DNA of 37,109 bases from Calditrichota bacterium. GTDB lineage: Bacteria; Calditrichota; Calditrichia; RBG-13-44-9. The stretch covers positions 1 to 37,109 of the forward strand of contig JAFGSO010000158.1 in NCBI GenBank assembly GCA_016934605.1, given 5' to 3'. A program made the translations under genes and the position numbers. Below the pieces are notes generated by a model. It was not told the DNA's origin. It made no database searches and was given only the letters and a program-made list of their open reading frames with translations. Shown here in pieces: positions 24,362 to 33,617 of the stretch (its first letter is position 1; every line of letters starts with the position of its first letter).

Positions 24362-26095
24362 CTATCTAATCAAAATCATCTTGTGCGTCTGCACAAATCC
24401 TTCTGCCTCCAGCCGATACAGGTAGACTCCGGAAGCCAAGTGACCGGCATCCCAGTCGTATGAGTATGAGCCGGCAGATAGTTTGTCTGCGACAAGCGTG
24501 GTCACTTCCTTTCCGATAATATTGAATATCTTCAGGCTAACTTTACTCTTCTTCTGCAGATCAAATATTATGGTTGTACTTGGATTGAAGGGGTTAGGGT
24601 AGTTTTGGTACAGCTGAAACGTCCGTGAAATATTATCAGATCTGCGCTCTAATCCCGAAACAGCAAGAGATGACTCACAGGCTCCGATATCAGGGTTACT
24701 CCCTGGAGGTGAGGGACGGGGATGACCTAAATAGCATGTTGTTGGAACTGTATACCAAATACCGCCAATTTCGATGGAGTCGATTCCTGCACCAATACAT
24801 GGACTGCTATCAGATAATTCATAGTTGATAGTATCAGCAAATAGTGGATCTGCATTGAAAATACCCTTAGTGCTATCTACCCACGCAGTATCCCGAATAT
24901 CTGAGTGGTACATTTCAATATCACCATAGAGATTGTTCCATACAGTACCACCTCCTGAAAAATTACCCAGGAAAATCTCACCTCCACCAGCAGATAAAGG
25001 AGTATTCCACATAATATTATTCATAAAAAATGGAACCGAATTCATAATAAATATTCCATATCCATGTTGAGCGCTATTGTTAACAACAGTGTTGTTAATG
25101 ATGGAAGGTTGAGCAGTAATTCCGGCTCCCGGTGAAGGAAGGATTGTGTTTGGATTAAATCTCCATACGGTTAATCCACCCCCCAAATAAGAAGAATAAT
25201 TATCAGTAATAATATTATTAAATATGATTGGATTGGGCTGCTGATCTACAACAGGTGAATATTCCCAGTAAAAAACATGAATACCTCCGCCAAAACTACG
25301 GACACCATGAAGCTCATTTCCTTTTATGATATTGTTTCTAATAATCATGTCACCGTTACTTGGCAAAACATGTTCACTTAAAATTCCACCTCCCCGAGCC
25401 ATCCAACTTGAAAGAGCTGTGACGATATTATAGTTAATTTTATTGTTTTCTATAATATATTGAGTATTGATCCAAGAAACATAGATACCCCCACCTTCAG
25501 CATACGGGCCTGTAATTGAATTTGAGTTGATAATATTATTTCCAATATAGACATATTCATTTTGAGGTTCCGCTGTTCCTGCTGAAATTCCGCCCCCGCA
25601 CACGGAATACTGGTTGCTATAAATAATATTATTCGAAATTTTATTATTTATAATTTTACCACTTGATTCAAACAAATTTATGCCACCTCCCTGAATTATA
25701 TATTGGCCCAGAGCAGGGACATGTATTTTATCGCCAGTACCTCCTATAATCGTAAAACCACATAATACTGATGTGGTATCTTCCCCCGACACAAACCGAA
25801 CTACCGACCCACTGTCAGGATGACTCGGCTGACTCCCGTCAATAATGGTATTGTTAATGTGATTGGTATCTCCATCCATGATAAACAGGCTGGCAACCGT
25901 AATGGCTTTTCCTTTGAAGTTGATATTCTCGTAATAGGTGCCATCAGAAACAAGTACCGTATCACCGTTACCGGAAAGATGGATTCCGCCCTGAATGGAG
26001 GTGGTGTCATTAGGTACATAGAAGATACCAGAGAACGAAGAAGAGGATGTTACAAACATGATTATTGTCAGGCAGAGTAGTAGATTTCTTAACAT
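24362..26095 (-). CDS. Secreted right-handed parallel beta-helix protein with T9SS sorting domain
   Basis: 577-aa ORF with signal peptide MLRNLLLCLTIIMFVTSSSSFSG. Cap module SIQGGIHLSGNGDTVLVSDGTYYENINFKGKAITVASLFIMDGDTNHINNTIIDGSQP. N-rich helix coils (GGGI...NN.I..N). Tail NYPNPFNPSTTIIFDLQKKSKVSLKIFNIIGKEVTTL...ASGVYLYRLEAEGFVQTHKMILIR. Confidence 0.9.
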   Translation of the reverse strand: MLRNLLLCLTIIMFVTSSSSFSGIFYVPNDTTSIQGGIHLSGNGDTVLVSDGTYYENINFKGKAITVASLFIMDGDTNHINNTIIDGSQPSHPDSGSVVRFVSGEDTTSVLCGFTIIGGTGDKIHVPALGQYIIQGGGINLFESSGKIINNKISNNIIYSNQYSVCGGGISAGTAEPQNEYVYIGNNIINSNSITGPYAEGGGIYVSWINTQYIIENNKINYNIVTALSSWMARGGGILSEHVLPSNGDMIIRNNIIKGNELHGVRSFGGGIHVFYWEYSPVVDQQPNPIIFNNIITDNYSSYLGGGLTVWRFNPNTILPSPGAGITAQPSIINNTVVNNSAQHGYGIFIMNSVPFFMNNIMWNTPLSAGGGEIFLGNFSGGGTVWNNLYGDIEMYHSDIRDTAWVDSTKGIFNADPLFADTINYELSDSSPCIGAGIDSIEIGGIWYTVPTTCYLGHPRPSPPGSNPDIGACESSLAVSGLERRSDNISRTFQLYQNYPNPFNPSTTIIFDLQKKSKVSLKIFNIIGKEVTTLVADKLSAGSYSYDWDAGHLASGVYLYRLEAEGFVQTHKMILIR

Positions 26096-26130
26096 GATAA
26101 ATCCCCCTATTTTTTAATCTATTGGCTACC

Positions 26131-28779
26131 TTATCTCATAAGAATCATCTTCCTCGTCTCCACATAGTCACCTGCCTGCAGCCTGTACAGATAGACTCCA
26201 CTTGCAAGGTTGCTCGCATCCCAATCATATGAGTATGAACCAGCAGACAGTCTATCTGATACCAAGGTTGTCACTTCTTCTCCGAGGATGTTGAAAACTT
26301 TCATAATCACCTGAGTGGTCTTAGGCAGATCAAACTTAATGGTTGTACTCGGATTGAAGGGATTGGGGTAGTTTTGGAAGAGATTGTATTGATCCACAAT
26401 TGACCTATTCTCCAAGGTTATACCAGAAGCCGTGCCAATAAATTTCCCCCATATCCTCAACTGGTTATATAATTTTCCATCGACAGAATCTGTCCAGCCA
26501 GAGTAAACAATAAATACCTGATTACCGGATCCTCTTGCCAGAGCTGGGGAGAGCTGATCTCTTGATTGATTTGAAACTGGTGTGGATTGTGCTACTGTTC
26601 CGGTAACGGTGATTGTTGTGTAATAAATGTCTGAGTCCATGCCGTTACGATAGTCTTCCCAGACAACAATGTAATTCGTACCATCAAATATTAATGTTGG
26701 GTGTTTTTGATTTTGGGGCTCATTGCAGATGATAATATTGTCGCTGTCAATAGGACGACCTAATTGATCTACTCTTATTCCATGAATGTCCCATGAATTA
26801 CCGGAATATTCCTGCCAAACCACTAAATAGTTTGAATCGTCAAAACATACCTCTGGACATTCTTTGCTGTCACTTCCTGAGGAAATAACAAATCCATTTG
26901 TATCAAGTATATTTCCCTGCTGGTCAATCAGTGTCCCATAGATTTCAAATAATCCATTTCTGTGATCCTGCCAGACAGCGAGATAGTTTGGCCCGCCATA
27001 AGCAATTGATGGGGATGATTGAACGCTGTCTTTTACAGAAATCCTGATACAGGTTGAGTCAAGTAAATTTCCAGTTGCATCAAGCCTACGTCCATAAATT
27101 CCTTGATCTGACTGATTATAAATATTGGAATTTTCCCAGACATAAAAATATTGTGAGCCATTAAAGCAAACACTTGTATTACTGAAAAATTGCCAGAAAG
27201 AATTATTTGTAATGTTTATCGTATCAAGTATGATTCCATTGGTAGTTAACCTGTTCAATATAATTTCAGAACCACCAGAAGGCCAGCCCCAACCACCTTT
27301 GGAGAGCCAGTTTTGTTCCATTGCAATCAAAAAATCATTTTCAATTGAAATACAATTGGGATTATGATATCTAAGATAACCATATCTACCCTGTTCTTCA
27401 CCTGACGCCAAAGTATAGCCATTGGGTTCAACTATATTGCCAAAGTTATCTACAAAAGTGCCCCTAATATCATCAGGCATTCCACCGGCATCATTATCTA
27501 ATCCAATACGGCACTGATCCTCCCAACTGACTAAATAATTTGTTCCGTTATACGCAACAGAGGGATTTTGTTGGGGGTTAGTGTTAATCTTTAACAAAGG
27601 TTGTGGTGGAGTTGTTACAGTAAAATTGGTATCCAATGTGCAGTAGATCATATTATTAATCCCATACCAAATTTGGTGTGTTGTTAATAAAAACTGATCT
27701 CCTGTGTAGACGAGAGGTCCTATGTATTGATGGTAGGAATACATTGAATACGGTTGGAAGGTGGAATCAATTAATACACCCGCCCGATCAATAACAAATA
27801 TTCCAATACTGCTGACTGCATCAACTATTATGACATAATTTTCACCATCAAAACATGCGGTTGTTTCTGTACCTCCACCCCCAATAGACGCATCTTGAAC
27901 ATTTCCAGCATTGTCAATAATTTTAATATGTAGATTCCGGTAAGACCAATAGACCATAAAATTATTACCATCAGTAGTTACATGGGGATACTTATTGAAT
28001 ATATCTCCACTAAGAAATATATGGCCAAGAACAGTACCACTTGTAGTTACTCGGGAACACCTGACCTCTCTTTGAGGGCTTTTACAAAGCTTATAGGTTA
28101 TAAGATAGTGAGTCCCGTTGAATGCAATATGCGGATTTCTTGTTAGCCATCCGGGTGATGTATACACCAGTATTCCTTGTGGATCAAGGACTTGACCTAA
28201 AGGAGTAATACGGCTCGCCAAGACTTTTCCAGCAGTTGAATGATAATTTCCAAGATCAGTCCATGTTACCATATAGTTTGTTCCATCAAAAGCAAGTGCA
28301 GTATTTGCAGCTCCATAATCACTGATTGCTTTGGTGGAGATCAAAAAGGGATTCAGGTCAAGAGTAGTACCTAAAGAATCTAAACGAATTCCATACAGAT
28401 TGATGTCATCGACCCAAACGACCAAATAATTTGTTCCATCAAATTTTACCGACGGGTTGATTTCACTACCAGGACTTTCTGAAACAGAAAAAATACCAGG
28501 ATGGAGAATATTTTGATTCCTATCAAAAAAAGCACCAAAAATATCACTATCATGGATAATGTTTGGATCGGGATCCACCTCAGTACTTGACCAAACCACT
28601 AAATATTTATTATTAGCAAACACCACATCTGAATTGTGGCTACAGCAACCATGGTCATGATAAAGATCCCCGAGATTGACTGGTAAAGTATCGAGAAGAA
28701 ATTCGGTGTTAATCTGGCTAAAAGAATTTTGGAAGATTAAAAAGGTAATAAATGAGGTTATTAATATTTGTCTCATCAT
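26131..28779 (-). CDS. Secreted repeat protein (FDGTNYLVVW-type repeats) with T9SS sorting domain
   Basis: 882-aa ORF with signal peptide MMRQILITSFITFLIFQNSFSQ. At least ten ~55-65-aa repeats centred on (F/Y)(D/N)GTNY(L/M/I)V(V/T/S)W.D and followed by G..LD/G.I(L/V)D (NPSVKFDGTNYLVVWVDD, ALAFDGTNYMVTWTD, NPSVAYNGTNYLVSWEDQ, SPSIAYGGPNYLAVWQDHRNG, HPTLIFDGTNYIVVWEDYRNG ...). Tail NYPNPFNPSTTIKFDLPKTTQVIMKVFNILGEEVTTL...KMILMR. Confidence 0.88.
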   Translation of the reverse strand: MMRQILITSFITFLIFQNSFSQINTEFLLDTLPVNLGDLYHDHGCCSHNSDVVFANNKYLVVWSSTEVDPDPNIIHDSDIFGAFFDRNQNILHPGIFSVSESPGSEINPSVKFDGTNYLVVWVDDINLYGIRLDSLGTTLDLNPFLISTKAISDYGAANTALAFDGTNYMVTWTDLGNYHSTAGKVLASRITPLGQVLDPQGILVYTSPGWLTRNPHIAFNGTHYLITYKLCKSPQREVRCSRVTTSGTVLGHIFLSGDIFNKYPHVTTDGNNFMVYWSYRNLHIKIIDNAGNVQDASIGGGGTETTACFDGENYVIIVDAVSSIGIFVIDRAGVLIDSTFQPYSMYSYHQYIGPLVYTGDQFLLTTHQIWYGINNMIYCTLDTNFTVTTPPQPLLKINTNPQQNPSVAYNGTNYLVSWEDQCRIGLDNDAGGMPDDIRGTFVDNFGNIVEPNGYTLASGEEQGRYGYLRYHNPNCISIENDFLIAMEQNWLSKGGWGWPSGGSEIILNRLTTNGIILDTINITNNSFWQFFSNTSVCFNGSQYFYVWENSNIYNQSDQGIYGRRLDATGNLLDSTCIRISVKDSVQSSPSIAYGGPNYLAVWQDHRNGLFEIYGTLIDQQGNILDTNGFVISSGSDSKECPEVCFDDSNYLVVWQEYSGNSWDIHGIRVDQLGRPIDSDNIIICNEPQNQKHPTLIFDGTNYIVVWEDYRNGMDSDIYYTTITVTGTVAQSTPVSNQSRDQLSPALARGSGNQVFIVYSGWTDSVDGKLYNQLRIWGKFIGTASGITLENRSIVDQYNLFQNYPNPFNPSTTIKFDLPKTTQVIMKVFNILGEEVTTLVSDRLSAGSYSYDWDASNLASGVYLYRLQAGDYVETRKMILMR

Positions 28780-28840
28780 AAATCCCCCTGCTTTTGATTT
28801 TCATCAATAATCTATAAAAACAGACCGCTATCTGTCTAAT

Positions 28841-28873
28841 ACTCTGGGGTCAAATTTTGCCACAGTGGTTGCA
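28841..28873 (-). promoter_or_regulatory. Conserved 33-nt upstream motif, copy 2 (candidate promoter/operator of cargo gene 26131-28779)
   Basis: actctggggtcaaattttgccacagtggttgca. Lies 62-94 nt upstream of the start at 28779 and 109-141 nt downstream of the hybrid-sensor stop at 28982. Confidence 0.45.
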
Positions 28874-28981
28874 TGTCGAGGTAAATATCAGGGAAAGATG
28901 ATAAAAATTATTGAATATGTAGAGGAAAGAAAAGAAGTATATTCCAGAAATATAAATTATATTTTATTAAACCTTAAAGTT

Positions 28982-31900
28982 TTATATTTCTTTTTTAAAC
29001 ATCGCATTGCGGACATATTGAGAAGGCAACTCTCCGAATTGTTTTTGAAAACAGTGTGAAAAATACGAAAGGTTATTAAACCCGACCTCGTAAGCAATTT
29101 GAGAAATATTGCCGGAATGTTTTCTCAAAAGCCGCGCAGCCTGCTTCAGCCGGTATAACCGAACAAAAGAACTGACTGAATGTCCGGTAAGTGCATGAAG
29201 TTTCCGGTAAAATTGTGACCGGCTCATTCCTACACTTTTTGAGAATTCTTCAGCACTGAATGCAGGATCGTCCAGGTGCTCCTGCAAACAATTGACGACT
29301 TTCTTCAGGAATTGTCGATCCAGGCTGGAAATAGCCAGGACACCAGGCAAACTTTCCGGATCCCTGTCGAATTTATCTTTCAGCTTTCTGCGGTGCATTA
29401 TAAGGTTTTTAACCCGAACCTGCAGCTCTTTTACCTCAAAAGGTTTGGAAATGTAATCATCTGCTCCCAGTTCCAGCCCCTCCAGCTTGCTCTCCATATC
29501 TGCTTTGGCTGTTAAAAGGATTACCGGAATGTGTGAGGTCCTCTGGTCGGATTTCAACTTTTTGCAGAAGTCAAAACCGTCCATCACCGGCATCATGACA
29601 TCGCTGATAATTAAATCCATGTTGCCTTTAATGGCTTTCTCAAAACCCTCTTTGCCATCTAATGCGGTAATAATCCGGTAGTCCTCCTCCAGATAGTCTT
29701 TGATATATTTCTGCATGTCGGTATTGTCTTCTACGATCAGCACACCCGGTAGCTTTTTATCTTCATCTTGCTCTGAATTTCCTGAACGAGCAGTGTCAAC
29801 CGATACACGATCTCTCTCTTCTGAACGAACGGCAGACACAGTTTCTTCTGCTTTTACATCCACCGTCTGTTTTCCAGGGATCTTCTTTTCCCGTATTTCT
29901 TGATCTGCTATCTCTTCTCCCTTCAAATGCTCTTTTCCCAACGGTAATTGTATAGTGAACACAGATCCCTGTCCAACCTCACTCTGTACATCAATGGTCC
30001 CATGATGCAGCTCCACCAGCTCCTTGGTGAGAGCCAATCCGATGCCGGTACCTTCATGAATCCGGGAAATTGAGTCATCTGTCTGATAAAAGCGATCGAA
30101 GATGCGGTTTAGCTTATCAGGTGAGATGCCTGGCCCGGTGTCGGAGACGCGGATCACAATTTTTTTACCTGACCCCCCTTTATTTCCCCCCTTATGCATA
30201 CCTGTCCGGTGGCCAGACGGGAGGGGGGACACAGGGGGGTTAAAAACTGACACTTCAATCCGTCCTCCGGAAGGCGTAAATTTCAGCGCATTGGAAAGCA
30301 GATTGTTTACCACTTTTTCCATCATTTCAGGATCCACATAGACCCTTACAGGATCTGATGGGGGGATGAATTTCAGCTCAATCTTCTTACTTTCCGCCCA
30401 TGAAGTAAAGTTGTAAACCAGAGGTTTCAGAAATTCACTCAATTCTAATTCCTGTGCCTGAAGCTTCATTTTCCCGGCTTCCAGTTTTGACAGATCGAGG
30501 AGCTGGTCGATCAGTCGATGCAATCGATAGGCACTCCGCTGCATGACATTCAGGTTTTCCCTGGACTTTTCGTCGGTTGTCCAGGACAGCATTTTTTCCA
30601 ATGGTCCCAGCAGCAGGGTCAGTGGTGTCCTGAATTCATGGGAAATATTGGCAAAGAAGCGGGATTTGGCCCGGTCAATTTCCTGCAGCTTTTCTGCCTG
30701 CAGATGCTTAATCTCAAGCTGATGTTTCATACGCAGACGCCTGAGCTGTGCACGCCAGGTGACCGCAATCGTCAGGCCAATTAATAAAATATAAACTGTA
30801 TAAGCCCAGCTTGTCTGCCACCAGGGTGGCAGAATTATCACTTTGATGGAAGTCCCTTCCTCGTTCCAGACACCATCATTATTGGAGCCTTTCACTTTGA
30901 ATACATATTCACCCGGATCCAGATTGGTATAGGTTGCCTGACGGTTAAAAGCATCTGTATATACCCAGTTGGGATCAATGCCCTCCATTTTGTACATATA
31001 TATGTTTTTGTTTGGTTTTATATAATTCAAAGCTGAAAATTCCAATGAAAATATATTTTGATTATGATGCAGAGTGATTTCATCTGCGAAGGTGATTGAT
31101 TTTTTCAATGGGGAATTTTCACCGGGTTGTACTGATTTATGAAATAATTGAAAATCGGTCAGATATACCGGTGGTTTGATTTTATTATACCTGAAACTGT
31201 CCGGGTGAAAAATACAGAAACCATTATATGATCCAAAAATTAATTCTCCAGAATGGGTTTTGCATGAAGATGTCCATACAAATTCATTACTGGGTAAACC
31301 ATCTTCAGTGGTTAGAGTCAAAAAGGTTTCCCCTTTTGGATCAAACCTGCAAATTCCTCTGGTTGTCCCCAGCCACAAATTACCGTCATTATCCTCCTGA
31401 ATACTGACAATTATTTCATCAGGCAAACCGTCCTGTTTGTGATATCTTACAAAACTATTATCTTTTTCCAGATATTTGTTCAACCCTACTCTGGTACCGA
31501 TCCATAGAGTTCCTGAGTTATCCCGATATATAATTTTTATTGCATTATTGCTGATACTCTTTGGATTATTTTGCTGATGTTGAAAGTATTTTATTTTTTT
31601 TGAAGAGAGATTAATTTGGTTTAATCCGCCATATTCCGTCCCAACCCAGATCATTGGAATGGAATCTTTGACCTCGGAAAAGACGTAAGTTATGTAATTA
31701 TCACTAATTGAATGAGGACTATTGGGTGAATTTAAATAGGGCGTAGCTTTTCCAGTATTAAGGTTATATTCATACAATCCTGACCCTGCAGATCCCAACC
31801 ATAGAATCTTATCTTTATTTATTGGATCATTTGCCATCCATTGCAGCATTGACAGGGGGTATTTTCTTGAAAACCTTTCTTCACCTGTTTCAAAATAATC

Positions 31901-33235
31901 TAGCCCCGAGGTAGTACAGACAAATAAATTATTTAATGAATCTTCACAGACAGTTGCTACCTCATTTGTCAGTATTGTTTCAGGGTCACCGGGGTCATGG
32001 GTATAATGGGAAAATTTCTGTGTACTTCTATCAAATTTATTCAGACCTCCCGTAAAAGTTGATATCCATAATGTCCCTTTTGAGTCTTCATAAATAGTTG
32101 TTACACTGTTATTATTAAGACTATTACTGTTCTGCTCATTTTGATGCACCTTTATCTTTTTTCTCGGTTCATAGGCTTTTACCAGGCCCTCACCGGTACC
32201 TCCAATCCATATAATTTCATAAGTATCGTCAAAAATAAGGCTTATTACATTTTTTTGTATTTCATTTTCATATCTGTAGAATTCTTCTGATTCTCTGTCA
32301 AATATGTTGATTCCATGTCCATATAACCCGATGATCCAGTTTCCATTATTATCGATCTTAATATCCGATACCCAATTCCCGCCAATTGATTTAGTATCAT
32401 TATCATGATGATAATATCTTTTTAATTCGACAATATTCTCTCTTTCGCGGTCCAGTACAACCTTGGTGAGTCCTTCCGCAGTTGCCAGCCATAAATGACT
32501 ATCATCATCTTCTGTTATAGCTGATATAAAACTAAATCCAAGACTATTCTCATCTTTTTTGTTAATATGAAATGACTTGAAATCATTTTTCTTATAATCA
32601 AACCTGGTAAGAGAAGAACTCCAACCCATCCAAAGTAAGCCGGATTTATCTTCATATATGGAATATACCTGACCATTTCTTATGGCTGAATTTTTTGATG
32701 AGTTTTTATTTTTACTGTATTTTAGAAATGTGGATGAATCTTCTTTTAGTAAATTTAAACCATTATCAAATGTCCCAATCCAAAGATTATCTGGCCTATC
32801 TCTATAGACAAATGTTATAAAATTGTCGCTGATACTCTTGGTATCCTGAGGATCGTGCTTATATTGAGTGAAACTCTCTGTTTCCATATCAAATTTATTT
32901 AACCCATTACAAGTGCTTATCCATAAAATCTTACCGGGATATTTCGGGTCTTCATAAATTCTTTGTATTAATGCATCACTAATACTGTTGGGATTATCAG
33001 GATCCGGATGATACACTTTATAAGTGTAACCATCATATCGCATAAGCCCGTAGGGTCCACCAATCCAGATAAATCCATTACTGTCTTTTAGGGTACACAA
33101 GACATGATTAGGAGAATATTCCCCCACATTTTGGATTTTTTCAAAAATCAAATCGTAGGGTTGACTGAATAAAAATTTTGAAATGGATAAAATGAGAAAG
33201 AATACGCAAATACTTATTTGATTCTTCCGAATCAT
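28982..33235 (-). CDS. Hybrid two-component sensor of the classical HTCS layout (propeller repeats, Y_Y_Y, TM, HisKA, HATPase_c, REC, AraC HTH)
   Basis: The ORF is open to 33250 (TTG). I prefer the ATG at 33235 (MIRKNQISICVFFLILSISKFLFSQ). Many LW(I/L)GT..GL..(F/Y)D propeller motifs. YMYKMEGIDPNWVYT...GEYVFKVKGSNNDGVWN (Y_Y_Y). PPWWQTSWAY plus a TM segment. FANISHEFRTPLT, NLLSNALKFTPSGG, SDTGPGI. REC domain VLIVEDNTDMQKY...DLIISDVMMPVMDG. AraC HTH IAYEVGFNNLSYFSHCFQKQFGELPSQY. Confidence 0.92.
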   Translation of the reverse strand: MIRKNQISICVFFLILSISKFLFSQPYDLIFEKIQNVGEYSPNHVLCTLKDSNGFIWIGGPYGLMRYDGYTYKVYHPDPDNPNSISDALIQRIYEDPKYPGKILWISTCNGLNKFDMETESFTQYKHDPQDTKSISDNFITFVYRDRPDNLWIGTFDNGLNLLKEDSSTFLKYSKNKNSSKNSAIRNGQVYSIYEDKSGLLWMGWSSSLTRFDYKKNDFKSFHINKKDENSLGFSFISAITEDDDSHLWLATAEGLTKVVLDRERENIVELKRYYHHDNDTKSIGGNWVSDIKIDNNGNWIIGLYGHGINIFDRESEEFYRYENEIQKNVISLIFDDTYEIIWIGGTGEGLVKAYEPRKKIKVHQNEQNSNSLNNNSVTTIYEDSKGTLWISTFTGGLNKFDRSTQKFSHYTHDPGDPETILTNEVATVCEDSLNNLFVCTTSGLDYFETGEERFSRKYPLSMLQWMANDPINKDKILWLGSAGSGLYEYNLNTGKATPYLNSPNSPHSISDNYITYVFSEVKDSIPMIWVGTEYGGLNQINLSSKKIKYFQHQQNNPKSISNNAIKIIYRDNSGTLWIGTRVGLNKYLEKDNSFVRYHKQDGLPDEIIVSIQEDNDGNLWLGTTRGICRFDPKGETFLTLTTEDGLPSNEFVWTSSCKTHSGELIFGSYNGFCIFHPDSFRYNKIKPPVYLTDFQLFHKSVQPGENSPLKKSITFADEITLHHNQNIFSLEFSALNYIKPNKNIYMYKMEGIDPNWVYTDAFNRQATYTNLDPGEYVFKVKGSNNDGVWNEEGTSIKVIILPPWWQTSWAYTVYILLIGLTIAVTWRAQLRRLRMKHQLEIKHLQAEKLQEIDRAKSRFFANISHEFRTPLTLLLGPLEKMLSWTTDEKSRENLNVMQRSAYRLHRLIDQLLDLSKLEAGKMKLQAQELELSEFLKPLVYNFTSWAESKKIELKFIPPSDPVRVYVDPEMMEKVVNNLLSNALKFTPSGGRIEVSVFNPPVSPLPSGHRTGMHKGGNKGGSGKKIVIRVSDTGPGISPDKLNRIFDRFYQTDDSISRIHEGTGIGLALTKELVELHHGTIDVQSEVGQGSVFTIQLPLGKEHLKGEEIADQEIREKKIPGKQTVDVKAEETVSAVRSEERDRVSVDTARSGNSEQDEDKKLPGVLIVEDNTDMQKYIKDYLEEDYRIITALDGKEGFEKAIKGNMDLIISDVMMPVMDGFDFCKKLKSDQRTSHIPVILLTAKADMESKLEGLELGADDYISKPFEVKELQVRVKNLIMHRRKLKDKFDRDPESLPGVLAISSLDRQFLKKVVNCLQEHLDDPAFSAEEFSKSVGMSRSQFYRKLHALTGHSVSSFVRLYRLKQAARLLRKHSGNISQIAYEVGFNNLSYFSHCFQKQFGELPSQYVRNAMFKKEI
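30169..30242 (-). repeat. In-frame 74-nt palindromic element, copy in sensor 2
   Basis: ctgaccccccTTTATTTccccccttatgcataCCTGTCCGGTGGCCAGACGGGaggggggACACAggggggtta. It encodes NPPVSPLPSGHRTGMHKGGNKGGS at the same domain position as the copy at 11041-11114. Confidence 0.85.
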
Positions 33236-33570
33236 TGTTCGTTCAGACAATATTTGTTTTAGATGAATTTACAAATTTAACAGAGAATTTACAAGAAAAT
33301 GTAGTGCATAAATGAAAAAAATCATCATATAAATTTCACTTTTATGATGATGATCATAGAAGAAAGAATTTATAAACACAGACATTATCTTTAAAGAAAT
33401 CCGAAACGCCTGCTAAAATACATATCAGGATAATTTCACCGAAATTTTGTAAACGGAGGGCAATTTACCGCAGTAGATGATAAATTTTACGAAATTATGT
33501 GATTTTTTTAAGAAAGAGTAGGCTCTTATCAGAGTCAGCTTTCTGTTTGAAACCCCATCAACACCCTCTA

Positions 33571-33612
33571 TAAAACCACCAGGCCAGATCCAATTGACCT
33601 GGCCTATGGTGG
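33571..33612 (-). terminator. Intrinsic terminator after cargo gene 33618-35627
   Basis: The minus strand reads ccacc at aggccag gtcaattggat ctggcct ggtgg followed by tttta. A 12-bp interrupted stem begins 6 nt after the stop codon. Confidence 0.65.
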
Positions 33613-33617
33613 CAGGG

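Noticed and set aside
28856-28873. Sigma-54-like promoter TGCCAC-N5-TTGCA on the plus strand within the conserved upstream motif.
   Set aside because: The invariant -24 GG is replaced by GC. The other motif copy (7432-7449) lacks it. No plus-strand gene follows.
33236-33250. TTG start at 33250 for the second hybrid sensor.
   Set aside because: An in-frame ATG five codons downstream (33235) gives a normal signal/TM N-terminus. It is kept as an alternative only.
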